Source: Perna viridis (Eukaryota). From it: a DNA stretch of 64,000 bases. The position numbers were made by a program, and so were the translations under genes. Positions 63,641-64,000 of the stretch are shown here, piece after piece. The stretch spans positions 7,165,635-7,229,634 of the forward strand of contig CM074524.1 of assembly GCA_037379345.1 (NCBI GenBank), in the 5' to 3' direction. Within the stretch, counting starts at the first letter, position 1. Each line of letters opens with the position of its first letter. The notes beneath the pieces were generated by a model. The model was given only the letters and a program-made list of their open reading frames with translations. It ran no database searches and was not told the origin of the DNA.

Positions 63641-64000
63641 AAAGAGTAACCAAGGGACCCAAGGTTATAGCGGTAATCAAAGAGTAATCAAGGGACTAAA
63701 GGTTATAGCGGTAATCAAAGAGTAATCAAGGGACCCAAGGTTATAGCGGTAATCAAAGAGTAATCAAGGGAACCAAAGTTATAGCGGTAATCAAAGAGTA
63801 ATCAAGGGACCCAAGGTTATAGCGGTAATCAAAAGAATGTAATCCAGGGACAAAGACCAGACATGGAAAACAGACATACACCACAAAGAACACAAAGAAA
63901 CTAAAATCATACATACAAAGTAACAAAAGCAAATGAGCAACTCGGACTCCACTAAAAACTGGGAGCACGGACCAGGTGCACCGGTAGGGTAAGCGTCCTC
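63641..64000 (-). mobile_element. Young PLE 3' UTR copy with a 5x tandem 38-bp 3' terminus (runs off the window edge)
   Basis: gagtaatcaagggacccaaggttatagcggtaatcaaa repeated at 63644, 63682, 63720, 63758, 63796, then normal UTR. Confidence 0.9.

Overview
AT-rich eukaryotic (animal) genomic DNA with spliceosomal GT-AG introns and dense interspersed repeats. The repeat repertoire looks bivalve-mollusc-like (Mytilus-type), which is an inference. There are no prokaryotic operons, CRISPR arrays or rRNA genes, and most ORFs in the six-frame track are spurious or are single exons. Two intron-split genes could be assembled by hand. (1) Minus strand, about 28518 to <=1455: a 20-exon adhesion GPCR with the ectodomain order signal peptide-LRRNT-LRRx3-LRRCT-Ly6/uPAR three-finger-SEA-HormR-GAIN/GPS, then TM1-TM4. 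The remaining TM exons were not found in the window. It carries about 10 independent frameshifts, stops and lost splice sites, so it is an unprocessed pseudogene. (2) Plus strand, 52122-59432: an intact 5-coding-exon gene for a 193-aa protein with a signal peptide, a propeptide ending in KLRKR and a calmodulin-sized four-EF-hand domain, i.e. a probably secreted, processed Ca2+-binding protein. The rest is dominated by about 19 5'-truncated copies of one Penelope-like retroelement (RT at the C-terminus, Naiad-type layout) with a structured 3' UTR. One copy has a five-fold reiterated 38-bp 3' end. Also present are TTAA-flanked MITEs, other MITEs, SINE remnants, minisatellites and a 234-N gap.
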